Origin: Chrysomallon squamiferum
Taxonomy: Eukaryota; Animalia; Mollusca
Length of the DNA: 64,000 nt
Direction: 5' to 3'
Assembly: GCA_012295275.1 (NCBI GenBank)
Contig: CM022668.1
Coordinates: forward strand, 7,006,001-7,070,000
Both the position numbers and the translations under genes were made by a program. Below, one piece after another: positions 1-47,571 of this stretch (position 1 is the first letter of the stretch; every line of letters starts with the position of its first letter). The notes under the pieces are model-generated. The model was not told where the DNA came from. It saw only the letters and a program-made list of their open reading frames with translations, and made no database searches.

Positions 1-339
1 AGAAAAAAACAATTATGCTACAGGTTATCAAAATTATATAGTAATTATTTTATACATACATGTGTGTGTGTGTGTGTGTTTGTATATGTGTGTGGGGGTG
101 TGTGCATGTATATAGACAGATATAGTAAATAGACAAGAAACTTTATATGAAAATTAAAAATGGGTGAACAAATGAACTAAAAAAAAGACCAAAAACAGAT
201 ATAGTGATGAATAAATAGAATGAATCAGATAGAAATTAAACTGGCATATTGATAAATACATGGATTGATAGACAGCCATTCAGACTACTAGTCTTAGAGA
301 CATTCAGTCTAATAGACAAATAGACATTCAAGGACAGAC

Positions 340-787
340 TGTTAGACAGATATATTCCAGTATTAAACTATTTTTACAAAATTTCAGCTACATTTTCTGG
401 TCAGAGTATTAGATATAATCCAGTATTAAACTATTTTTACACAATTTCAGCTATATTTTCTGGTCACAGTATTAGATAGATATAATCCAGTATTAAATTA
501 TTTTTTACAAAATTTCAGCTACATTTTCTGGTCACAGTATTAGACAGATATAATCCAGTATTAAACTATTTTTTACAAAATTTCAGCTACATTTTCTGGT
601 CAGAGTATTAGACAGATATAATCCAGTATTAAATTATTTTTACAAAATTTCAGCTACATTTTCTGGTCACAGTATTAGACAGATATAATCCAGTATTAAA
701 CTATTTTTATACAATTTCAGCTACATTTTCTGGTCAGAGTATTAGACAGATATAATCCAGTATTAAACTATTTTTACACAATTTCAG

Positions 788-803
<16 letters not shown>
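340..803 (+). repeat. ~67-bp tandem repeat (~7 copies) containing the exon w1 acceptor
   Basis: Unit aatttcag|ctacattttctggtca...gtattagacagatataatccagtattaaactattttta; the last copy runs into the exon. Confidence 0.9.
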
Positions 804-35435
<34,632 letters not shown>

Positions 35436-35652
35436 AACATCAATGAGTTAATTACAGAGATACGTGACTTTGTGTTTTTATTACATTCTTATTATTATTA
35501 CTATTATTGTTATTGTTGTTATTGGTATAGTTTTTATTATTAATTCATTTATTATTATTGCATTATTATTGTTTTATATTATCATTATTTTAATATTTTA
35601 ATATTTTTTTTATTAAATATAATTTTTTTCATTACTAATTATAACATTATTA

Positions 35653-35714
<62 letters not shown>

Positions 35715-35823
35715 GGTATTAGTATGATTATTATATTATTATAGTTTATGATTATTTGATTTCATTATTTTAATTTTTTTTTATTAAATATTATAATTTT
35801 ATTTTCATTAGTTATTATTAAAC

Positions 35824-35860
<37 letters not shown>

Positions 35861-36122
35861 TGTTACAATTTTTTATTTGTGCTGTCTTTTTACACTTTCT
35901 TATTTTTAATTAATATCATAAATTACAGGAAAAAATCTTTTGTTCTTCTTTCTTATTTGTTTAACTTCAAATGTGTTGGTTTTAAAGATGTGTAAATATT
36001 TAGCTATATGAATCATGGAGGGGTTTGTGTTAAACATTCATTACATGTAAAAGTCACACGAAGACAAAACGTCTTGCCAAAGACATAATATTCTGTATTT
36101 GTAAATTGCGTATGAAATTGTA

Positions 36123-36128
36123 AATAAA
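36123..36128 (+). promoter_or_regulatory. Probable polyadenylation signal of the LRP2-like gene
   Basis: AATAAA (overlapping pair) ~690 nt after the stop, preceded by TGTA motifs and followed by T/GT-rich sequence. Confidence 0.5.
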
Positions 36129-36211
36129 ATAAAAATGTTACAAACTGTTTGAATTTGTTATATTATTTTTGTGCATTTGTGTGTTATATGTATCTATATG
36201 TATGTGTGTGT

Positions 36212-36247
<36 letters not shown>

Positions 36248-36735
36248 ATTCAGGTAATCTTGTAATGGCTGATAATCCAATAATCTGTTTAATCTTCCCC
36301 CAAAATTTTTAAATTCTAAAGTTACATTCTGCAATAGTTAGAAAAAAGAGTCTAAATATATTTTGCATATTTCAAAGTTAGGTGTTTGTGGGTTTTGCTA
36401 ATATTAATTAATAACAAAGAATAACTACCAGAAATGTACAGTTTCAAAATCTCTCACTATTTTTATTCACTTGTGATGTAACTGTATTCAGTGAACGGAT
36501 TTGTTTGGAAGTTCCTTCTAGGGTCAGCAATATCGATATAATTCTACATCTATAACAATCAGCTGTGTTCAAATCATTATTTATATTAGTATTATTTTAT
36601 TTTCATACTTTATTATTAACAATGATTGGATGCCCATAATAATAAAATAATACTTTAAAAATATAAAGAATTTATACAAATACAGACCTGAAGATGTAGG
36701 CCTGTGTAACAGAGAAAATAAATTTATCTTTTTTC

Positions 36736-36774
<39 letters not shown>

Positions 36775-37038
36775 TTATGTGGTTTTTTGTTTTTATTATT
36801 TTGATTTTGATTTTATTTATTTATTTATTTTTGTTTTGTGAACTTATTTCATTTATGCTTAATAGCATCAGAACATGATAAGAAACAGATGTTTAATACA
36901 AACTGCAGTCAGTTTCTTTAGGATAAACCAAATTTCAGGTCTAATAAATACTTTTCAGGTTGGATTGTTATTCACAAACATAAATTAATTATTTATTACT
37001 GCTGTTATATAAGCGTGTGTGTGTGTGTGTGTGTCTGT

Positions 37039-37100
37039 CATGGACGTAACTACACTGAGGCAAACGAGGAAAATTCCTCATACCGAAAGTTACGATTTTA

Positions 37101-37140
<40 letters not shown>

Positions 37141-37326
37141 TCCATTTACTTTTATAAACAAAGATTTTATTAGAAAAATATAAAATATAAATTTCTATTC
37201 CCATAGAAACGGTATCCACTGAATGAATTCGTTTACGTCTACGGTTATCGTTCCGATAAACGACACAACTGACCTGAAAGACGTTAGTTTTCGCCTCATT
37301 TCAAAAAGAGTCTATTTCCGGCCAAG
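37039..37326 (-). mobile_element. MITE-like non-autonomous DNA element, inverted relative to the copies in the macro-repeat
   Basis: Starts CATGGACGTAACTACACTGAGGCAAACGAGG. Its reverse complement matches 43630-43892 at both ends and internally (tgaatgaattc, tttacgtctacggtta). Confidence 0.65.
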
Positions 37327-38147
37327 CAAAACACAAAACAATATCATTTTGTAAGACTGGTGAATTGTAGATGCCTTAACATTTTCAAGCATTTTGCTAC
37401 CATTAACTTTTCTTTCTTTCTTTCTTTCTTTGTATCAGTTAATTAATAACATTAATTAGCATTAATCTACCTTATGACTTCATTATGCAGATATATAAAA
37501 AAAAATCATAAAAGTCTTACATTTAAAAAAAATGTTATCTAAAACTGGAATATTAGTCCACATAATCACTAAAACAAAATAAACGAAACATCGAACTTTT
37601 CAGACATCGGCAGCAATAGTTCGCTATGAACACGACACATTTTTGTATCCAAAATTAAGAAGTTGCTACCTAGATATTTGTATGAAATTTTGCAGATTAT
37701 GAGAGAAATGCATAATTTGTAACTAGTATCGATTTAAAGTCTCGAACAAACTTAGTTTAGGCACGTGATGATCATTTTGAAACGCTAAATTCGTCTGTTA
37801 ATTCTCTGTTGTTTATTAAAGATCACGTCAAAACCCCCTAAAGGTGATGAAACTGAATACTGTGTCATGACACCTGTTGTGTCTGAAATAATGTAAAAAT
37901 AATGACAAAACTGAAATTCGAGTGAGTGAACCCCTTCAAGGTTAGCAAAAACATCAGAGAATCTGACTTAATTCCAATGGAGTTTTTGAGAATTACATAA
38001 TTAATGTGTAAGGTACATTAAGGTACATTCACACCTCTTCCACATAAAATACCATCCAGCAATGCATTAAAATCTTTTTTGTAGCTATTATTCCTTTTGT
38101 ATTTGTATCAATTTTATCTTTATCAATATACTATTAATATTTTGAGC

Positions 38148-38187
<40 letters not shown>

Positions 38188-38189
<2 letters not shown>

Positions 38190-38348
38190 ACGGATTTAGG
38201 AAGTGGCCGAAGATACGTAACAACGAGATTTACCGAGTTATTCCGAATGGCAAAATGACGTCAACAATTGTCAAACGTCACGGTGGACAGCCATTGTGAA
38301 ATGTCATGTGGTTTTGTGTTGCTACAAATTCGTTGTTTTCAGGTATAA
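38188..38348 (+). promoter_or_regulatory. Conserved island A: promoter/first-exon-like segment (copy 1 of 5)
   Basis: CpG-containing island with TGACGTCA (CRE, 38256-38263) in all 5 copies, GGAAGT in 2 copies, and donor-like AG|GTATAA at 38342/38343 in all 5 copies. Function is inferred only. Confidence 0.3.
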
Positions 38349-39088
38349 AATGATCTTTATTTCCGCAGTAACCTTGATAAATTATAGATTTTATATCGTA
38401 GATTAAATTAAATTAAACAAATATTTCTATCACATTAAATTAATTTTGACACGATCAAACGTTTTTACATATCACATAGATTTTAAAGATATATTAAACT
38501 TATAAATACCACGTTTACTAGAGTCTATAAATAAATAATTATCTATTTATTTTAACAAATTCTGCTACTAATTTAATAATGTATGTAATGACAGGAAACA
38601 GATTAAACTTGCTAAATGTTTATTCAACACACGAGTCTAAATTCACAAACAGGTTACACATTTTGTTTAGACTATGTATGTATGTGTGTATGTATTTGTG
38701 TATGTGTATGTATTTTCTGTTTATGTCTGTGTTAGTGTTACATATGTGTGTTTCCATGTAAGTGTCTGTGTTTTTTGTCTTGTTTGTATTCATTTATGTT
38801 TATGTATGTGTGTATGTGTCTGTTTTCTATTGTTTGTATTTATGTTTATGTATCTGTGTGTCTGTATTTTGTATTGTCAATGTTAATATATGTTTATGTA
38901 TGTAATTGTGTATGTATTTTGTATTGTTAGTGTTTATATATGTATGTATGTATGTATGAATGTATGTACATATGTATGAATTTTGTATTGTTTGTGTTTG
39001 AATATGTTTATGTCTGTACATGTGGGTGTCTTTTTTGTATTGTTTGTGCTTACATATGTTTATGTATATGTATGTATGTATGTATGGA

Positions 39089-39124
<36 letters not shown>

Positions 39125-41640
39125 TCTATGCTTTGTATTGTTAGTGTTTATATATGTTTATGTGTATGTGTGTGTGTATGTATTGTGTGTTTATATGTTT
39201 ATTTGTATGTTTGTGTCTGTGTTTTTGTTTGTTAGTGTTTATATATGTTTATGTATGTGTGTGTGTCTGTATTTTGTATTGTTAGTGTTTATATATGTTT
39301 ATGTATGTATGTATGTATGTTTGTGTCTGTGTTTTGTATTGTTAGTGTTTATATATGTTTATGTCTGTGTTTTGTATTGTTATGTTTATATATTTATGTA
39401 TGTATGTGTGTGTCTGTGTTTTTTATTGTTAGTGTTTATATATGTTTATGTATGTATGTATGTATGTTTGTGTCTGTGTTTTAAATTGTTAGTGTTTATA
39501 TATGTTTATGTTTATGCATGTATGTGTGTCTGTGTTTTTTATTGTTAGTGTTTTATATATATGTATGTATGTATGTTTGTGTCTGTGTTTTGTATGTTTA
39601 TATATGTTTATGTATGTATGTATGTATGTGTGTCTGTGTTTTTTTTATAGTTGTGTTTATTTGTTTATATGTATGTATGTGTGTGTGTGTCTGTGTTTTG
39701 TATTGTTAGTGTTTTTATTTATGTATATGTATGTATGTGTGTTGTGTTTTGTATTCTTAGTGTTTATATATCTTTATGTATATATGTATATATGTGTGTG
39801 TCTGTGTTTTGTATTTAGTGTGTATATTTATATTGTTAGTGTTTTATATGTTTATATGTTATGTAAATGTGTATGTATTTGTATTGTTAGAGTTTATATA
39901 TGTTTGTATGTATGTATGTATGTGTATGAATGAATGTATGTACATATGTATGAATTTTGTATTGTTAGTATTTATATATGTTTATGCTTGTATGTGTGTA
40001 TGTATGTATTTGTATGTGTGTCTGTATTTTGTGTTGCTAGTGCTTATATGTTTATTTATGTGTCTGTTTTGCATTGTTTATATATGTTTATGTCTGTATG
40101 AATGTATGTGTGTCTGTGTTTTGTATTGTTAGTGTTTATATATGTTTTTATATATGTATGTATGTGTGTATGAAATGTATGTTTTATGTGTGTTTATATT
40201 GATGTTTGTATGAATTCTTGTGTCTTTGTTTTTTATTATATGTTTTTATGTTCATGTATGTATGTGTCTTTTGTATTGTTTGTATTTTGTATATATTTAT
40301 CTATGTTTTGTATTGTTAATGTTATATATGTTCATGTATGTATAAATGTATTTTGTATTGTTAATGCTTATATATGTTTATGTCTGTATATATGTCTGTT
40401 TGTTTTGGGTTTTTTTATGTTTATATTTTTATTTTATGTAATGTGTGTATTTTGTATTGTTGTGTTTATATGTGTTTATTTATGTGTATCTGTGTTTTGT
40501 ATTGTTTGTGTTGATATGTGATTATTTCTGTATGTCTGTATGTATGTTCTGTCTTGTGTTGTCAGATGTCTGTGTCTCTGTGTGTATGTGTATTTTTCTT
40601 TGTGTGTCTGTCTACAGTCTTGTATTAGTAAACATATAGGCATACATAACAGATAACTCATCACATTGATAGATAATTTTACAAGATATTGATATCTACA
40701 CCTGTAAGTAATTTTTATTTATTACAAAACATCCATTACAAAACTGACCTGTAGAAAATCACATGACCTGACTTCAGCTGTCCACCGAGGTACGTTTAAG
40801 GTTCATTATTGGAATTTAATTCAAATTTGGTATCTAGATGTTTTCAAAATAGTATTTTCCAATATCCATTACTTTGGTGAACCGTTCAAATTTGCGTCCA
40901 AATTGTTTTTGTTTTTATTTTGATATTTTGGTTTGACGCTTCAAAATTTTACTGTTACTGAAGGACTCAAATGCACCTGTATTTTCTTTTTTTAAAGTTA
41001 ACAAAAATTATAGGGATAAAAATAGTGAACAAAAAGTTAAAATTATATTAATATAATTTAAAATACTTTTTTTTTCCAATTACCTTTTCTACTTTTTTCA
41101 GTAAATAAATAAATATATAAATAAATAAATAAACTAGTAAATAAATATATAAATAAATAAATAAACTAGTAAATAAATAGATAAATAAATTAATTAATTA
41201 ATTAATTGAGTGAAATAAAAATAAGTGAACAATAGAAAATAAGTAAGTAATTAATGAATTAAAGAAATACTAATACTGCTGTAAAAAGTAGGAAAATAAT
41301 TTATCTGTTTGTCACATAAGATTTATACATTTTATTTCTCTACAGTTCTTTTCTTTTTGTTACAATATTTTTTCCTTTATGAATTAAAATAAATAAATAA
41401 ATAAGCAAATAATATAATATAATATAATATAATGTAAATATGTGGTTTTACTGTTTGATATTTCAAATACATAAAAGTAAATTATTTTCTTTCAAACAAG
41501 ATGGTGCAATTTCCTTGAGTCTTATAGTAAAGACAAAATTTCTTTTTTCTTATATTTCTTGTTTATTGTTTCATTATTATTATTTTTTTCATCATTCCTC
41601 ACCATTCTTTTTAAATGTAAATTTATTTATAAAGAAAATT

Positions 41641-41778
41641 GTACCTTAAATGCAGCAACATTGAGTCACCTGGTGAGTGATGACACCCCCACCTCAGTGT
41701 GGCTAATACAGATTAACTCATACTTGAAAATGAGTTAACTGGGGGACTGTTCACCACAGGTACAGAATCACTGAAATA
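41641..41778 (-). other. Conserved island D: candidate structured non-coding exon (copy 1 of 4)
   Basis: Near-identical at ~47819, ~53186 and ~58902. Minus-strand TATTTCAG| and AAG|GTACAA bound 126 nt with stops in all frames. Perfect 9-bp stem at 41713-41721/41730-41738. Confidence 0.3.
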
Positions 41779-41791
41779 TGTATAAATGTAA

Positions 41792-41836
<45 letters not shown>

Positions 41837-43352
41837 ACTGTATGTGTATATGTTGTATGCATATACTATATAATTACATGTATTTGGAAATATTAATTCT
41901 TAAAAAAAATAAAAAAAATATTGTTTTGTTGTGTTTGGAAACATTGTATTAACAAAAATAAAATTAAAATAAATAAATAAATAAATAAATAAAACGAGAA
42001 CAAATTTTTAAAGAAAAGAATAAAAAACAACAACAACAACAACAAAAAATACCAACAATAATACAAACACATACAAAACAACAAATTTTATTTTGTACAA
42101 AACATTTTGAAAAAACATTTTTACTTTCACATATATTCTTAAAATACTTATATACAAAACTTTTACACAGATTAAAATACACGTCAGATTTATTAAAACA
42201 CATCAGTTCATTACTACACAAACCTGTCAACATCAAAAATTAAATATCACCAAACATACATCAGTCTCAGTGTGCGTCTGTCATTATATTTTAATACAAT
42301 TTACACATACATCTTTCTCTCTTTCACTCATTCTCTCTCTCACAAATATTTCTCTTTCTCTCTCACAAATGTCTTTTTCTTTCATACATTCATTCTCTTT
42401 CTCGTACACTTTTTTTCTCTTTCACTCATTCTCTCTCTCACATTCATCTCTCTCTCTTTCACACACAATCTTTTTCTTTCACTCATTCTCTCTCATACAT
42501 ATATCTCTCATTCTCTCTCTTTCTCACACACAATCTTTTTCTTTCTTCTTTTTCATTTTCACATACATATATCTCTCTTTCTCTCTCTCTCTCACACACA
42601 ATCTTTTTCTTTCACTCATTCTCTCTCATACATATATCTCTCATTCTCTCTCTCTCTCACACACAATCTTTTTCTTTCACTCATTCTCTCACATACATAT
42701 ATCTCTCATTCTCTCTCTCTCTCTCACACACACACATTATATTTCTCTTTCACTCATTCTTTATCTCTCCCACACAAAAATCTTTTTCTCTGTCTCTCTC
42801 TTTCCCTCTCTCTCACACACACACTATCTTTTTCTCTTTCACTCATTCTCTCTCTCACATATAATCTCTGTCTCTCTCTTTCCCTCTCTCTCACACACAC
42901 ACTATCTTTTTCTCTTTCACTCATTCTCTCTCTCACATATAATCTCTGTCTCTCTCTTCCCCTCTCTCTCACACACACACACACACTATCTTTTTCTCTT
43001 TCACTCATTCTCTCTCTCACATATAATCTCTGTCTCTCTCTTTCCCTCTCTCTCACACACACACTATCTTTTTCTCTTTCAAATACATCTCTCTTTCACA
43101 ATATTTTTTCTTTTTCACTCATTCTCTCGTTCTCTCTCTCTTTCTCTCTCGCACACACACACTATCTTTTTTCTCTCATTTCTCTCTCAAATACATCTAT
43201 TCTCTCACACACATTTTTTCTTTTTCACTCATTCTCTCGTTCTCTCTCTTTTCTCTCTCACACACACACTATCTTTTTCTCTTTCACTCATTCTCTCTCT
43301 CAAATACATCTCTCTCTCACACACATTTTTTCTTTTTCACTCATTCTCTCGT

Positions 43353-43383
<31 letters not shown>

Positions 43384-43629
43384 TTCTCACACACACACAC
43401 TATCTTTTTCTCTTTCACTCATTCTCTCTCTCAAATACATCTATCTCTCACACACATTTTTTCTTTTTCACTCATTCTCTCGTTCTCTCTCTTTTTCTCT
43501 CTCTCACACACACACTATCTTTTTGCTCTCTTTCACTCATTCTCTCTCTCTCTCCCCCCCAAGGTTACAAAAAATATCACAAAACCTGGGATAACTTCCG
43601 TTGAGACTCTCCTGTCATATACTTATACA

Positions 43630-43892
43630 CATTGACGTAACTAGACTGTTTGAAACGAGGCAAAAACTGATGTCTGAAGTCAGTTATGTCTTTCATCGCA
43701 ACGATGTCGATAGACTTCAAACAGTAACCATAGACATAAATGAATTCATTCAGCGGATATCTTTTCTATCGAATTAGAGATTTATAGTTTATAGTGTTTA
43801 AATCAAATCTTTGGTATAAAAAGAAACAAAACAAAAATCTTCAATTTCAGTATGAGGAATTTGCCTCATTTGCGTCAATGTAGTTACGCCAG
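43630..43892 (+). mobile_element. MITE-like element (~260 bp) with imperfect TIRs
   Basis: 5' CATTGACGTAACTAGAC...GAGGCAAA and 3' TTTGCCTC...TGTAGTTACGCCAG form an inverted pair. Truncated copies start at ~49372, ~54586 and ~60722. No ORF. Confidence 0.65.
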
Positions 43893-46800
43893 AATCTGAC
43901 TAAATTACAATGGAGATTTTAAGAATTACATGATTAAAGGGTAAGGTACTTCTTAGTTAATTAGTGCAATTAATTAATTAATTAAAACTCAGGTATGTTA
44001 GAACAATACTTTAAAAGATTGTATTGCTATAGAATTCACAAAAAAGTTCATTTTATGAGATATTCAGTGTTTTTGATATCAAATGAAAGAAATCACAGTT
44101 TCGCTATAAATTTTGATAACTTTTTTCATATCAGTGTTATCAAAGACATCTTGATGTCAGTTTAATCTGCCCCTTTTTTTTCCATCTTTCTTATGATATA
44201 TAATTTTTTTGGAAAATATATTTTTGAAAATTTTATCGCACACCCACTTTTTCTCCTCTATCAGATAAAATACCTTCTAGCAATGTTTTAAAATCATTTT
44301 TGTTGTAGCTATTATTACTTTTGTATTTGTATTAATTTTATCTTTATCAATATACTGTTAATATTTTGAGCTATTATTATTATTATTATTATTATTATTT
44401 TATTATTATTATTATTATTATTTCTAAACGGATTTAGGAACTGGCCGAAGATATGTAACAACGAGATTTACCGAGTTATTCCGAATGACAAAATGACGTC
44501 AACAATTGTCAAACGTCACGGTGGACAGCCATTGTGAAAGTCGTGTGGTTTTCTCTTGCTACAAATTCGTTGTTTTAAGGTATAAAATGATTTTATTTCC
44601 GCAGTAACCTTGATAAATTGTAGATTTTATATCGTAGATTAAATTAAATTAAACAAATATTTCTATCACATTAAATTAATCTATACACGATCAAACGTTT
44701 TTACATATTACATAGATCATTGCGTAATCTTGAAGTTTTAAAAATATATTAAACTTATAAATACCACATTTATTAGATTCTATAAATAAATAATTATCTA
44801 TTTATTTTAACAAATTCTGCTACTAATTTGATAATGTATGTAATGACAGGAAACAGATTAAACTTGCTAAATGTTTATTCAACACACGAGTTTAAATTCA
44901 CAAACAGGTTACACATTTTGTTTAGACTATGTATGTATGTGTGTATGTATTTGTGTATGCGTATGTATTTTCTGTTTATGTCTGTGTTAGTGTTACATAT
45001 GTGTGTTTCCATGTAAGTGTATGTGTTTTTGTGTTGTTTGTATTCATATATGTTTATGTATGTATGTATGTGTCTGTTTTCTATTGTTTGTATTTATGTT
45101 TATGTATCTATGTTTGTGTGTGTTTTTTGTATTGTCAGTGTTAATATATGTTTATGTATGTATGTAATTGTGTATGTATTTTGTATTGTTAGTGTTTATA
45201 TATGTATGTATGTATGTATGAATGTATGTACATATGTATGAATTTTGTATTGTTTGTGTTTGAATATGTTTATGTCTGTACATGTGGGTGTCTTTTGTAT
45301 TGTTTGTGCTTATGTATATGTTTATGTATATGTATGTATTGTATGTATGTATGTATGTATGTATGTATGTATGTGTTTGTATGCTTTTATTTTTATGTTT
45401 ATATATGTTTATGTTGTATAGTGTTTATATTTGTTTATGTATGTATGTATGTATGTTTGTGTCTGTGTTTTGTATTGTTAGTGTTTATATATGTTTATGT
45501 ATGTATGTATGTATGTGTGTGTCTGTGTTTTGTATTGTTAGTGTTTATATATGTTTATGTATGTATGTGTGTGTCTGTGTTTTGTATTGTTAGTGTTTAT
45601 ATATGTTTATGTATGTATGTATATATGTGTGTGTCTGTATTTTGTATTATTAGTGTGTATATTTGTTTATATTGTTAGTGTTTATATATGTTTATGTGTG
45701 TATGTATGTTTATGTATGTATTTGTATTGTTAGTGTTTATATATATATGTTTATATGTATGTATGTATGAATGTATGTACATATGTATGAATTTTTTATA
45801 TTGTTAGTGTTTATATATTTTTATGTATGTATGTATGTATGTATTATTATTGTGTGTGTTTATATATTGTGTGTTGCTAGTGCTTATATATGTTTATTTA
45901 GGTGTCTGTTTTGTGTTGTTTATATATGTTTATGTATGTATGCATGTATGTGTGCCTGTGTTTTGTATTGTCAGTGTTTATATATATTTAGGTGTATGTA
46001 TGTTTATGTATGTATGTATGTATGTATGTATGTGTGTCTTTGTTTTGTATTGCTAGTGTTTATATATGTTTATGTATGTATGTATGTATGTATGAATGTG
46101 TGTGTGTCTCTGTTTTGGATTGCTAGTGTTTATATATGTTTATATATGTATGTATGTGTATGAATGTATGTGTGTGTGTCTTTGTTTTGTATTGTTAGTG
46201 TTTATATATGTTCATGTATGTATGTATGTGTCTTTTGTATTGTTTGTATTTGTACATATTTATGTATATATGTATGTGTGTCTATGTTTTGTATTGTTAA
46301 TGTTATATATGTTCATGTATGTATGTATGTATTTTGTATTGTTAATGTTTATGTATGTTTATGTCTGTATATATGTCTGTTAGTTTTTTGTTGTTTTATG
46401 TTTATATTTTTATTTTATGTGATGTGTGTATTTTGTATTGTTGTGTTTATATGTGTTTATTTATGTGTATCTGTGTTTTGTATTGTTTGTGTTGATATGT
46501 GATTATTTCTGTATGTCTGTATGTATGTTCTGTCTTGTGTTGTTAGATGTCTGTGTCTCTGTGTGTATGTGTATTTTTCTTTGTGTGTCTGTCTACAGTC
46601 TTGTATTAGTAAACATATAGGCACACATAACAGATAACTCATCACATTGATAGATAATTTTACAAGATAGTGACACCTGTAAGTAATTTTTGTTTATTAC
46701 AAAACATCCATTACAAAACTGACCTGTAGAAAATCACATGACCTGACTTCAGCTGTCCACTGAGGTACGTATAAGGTTCATTATTGGAATTTATTTCAAA

Positions 46801-47527
46801 TTTGGTATCTAGGAGTTTTCAGAATTTTATTTTCCAATATCCATTACTTTGGTGAACCGTCCAAAATTTGCGTCCAAATTGTTTTTGTTTTTATTTTGAT
46901 ATTTTGACTTGACGCTTCAAAATTTTACTGTTACTGTAGGACTCAAATGCACCTGTATTTTCTTTTTTTAAAATTAACAAAAATTATAGGGATAAAAGGA
47001 TGAAGAAAAAGTTAAAATTATATTAATATTATTTAAAATACTTTTTTTTTCCAATTACCTTTTCTACTTTTTTAAGTAAATAATTAAATAAATAATTCAG
47101 TAAATAAATAAATAATTAAATAATTTAGTATACAAGCTAATAAATAAATCAATTAGTAAATAAGTAAATAAATAAATAAGTGAAACAAAAACAAGTGAAG
47201 AAAATAAAATAAGTAAATAATTAATGAATTAATGAAGTACATATATTGATGTAAAAAGTAAGAAAATAACTTGGCTGTTTTTATCATATAACATTTATAA
47301 ATTTTGTTTATGTTAAGTAAAATAAATAAATAAATAAATAAGTGAAATAAAAATAAGTGAATAAAAGAAAATAAATAAATAAATAACAAATTAAATAAAT
47401 AAAAATATTGATGTAAAAAGTAAAAAGATAATTTGTCTCTATTTCTTGCATAACTTTTAAAAAATTTATATCTACAGTTCTAGTGCTTTTGTTTTTGTTA
47501 CAATATTTTTTTCTGTATGAATTAAAA

Positions 47528-47571
<44 letters not shown>

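Noticed and set aside
38279-38320. RAG-type recombination signal (CACGGTG heptamer)
   Set aside because: No ACAAAAACC-like nonamer in the right orientation at 12 or 23 bp, and the partner motif has CTCGGTG.
41660-41775. Specific identification of island D as a hammerhead, HDV-like or twister ribozyme, an IRE or a C/D snoRNA
   Set aside because: Core elements do not fit by eye: no CUGANGA core, no P1 partner for an HDV fold, the CAGUGU loop lacks the 5-bp IRE stem, and the C/D boxes lack a terminal stem and a recognisable guide. Left as unclassified.
42270-43604. 440-444 aa S/L/H/F-rich ORFs, also at 48454, 53815 and 59353
   Set aside because: CT/CA-rich simple sequence open in several frames and not conserved between repeat units.
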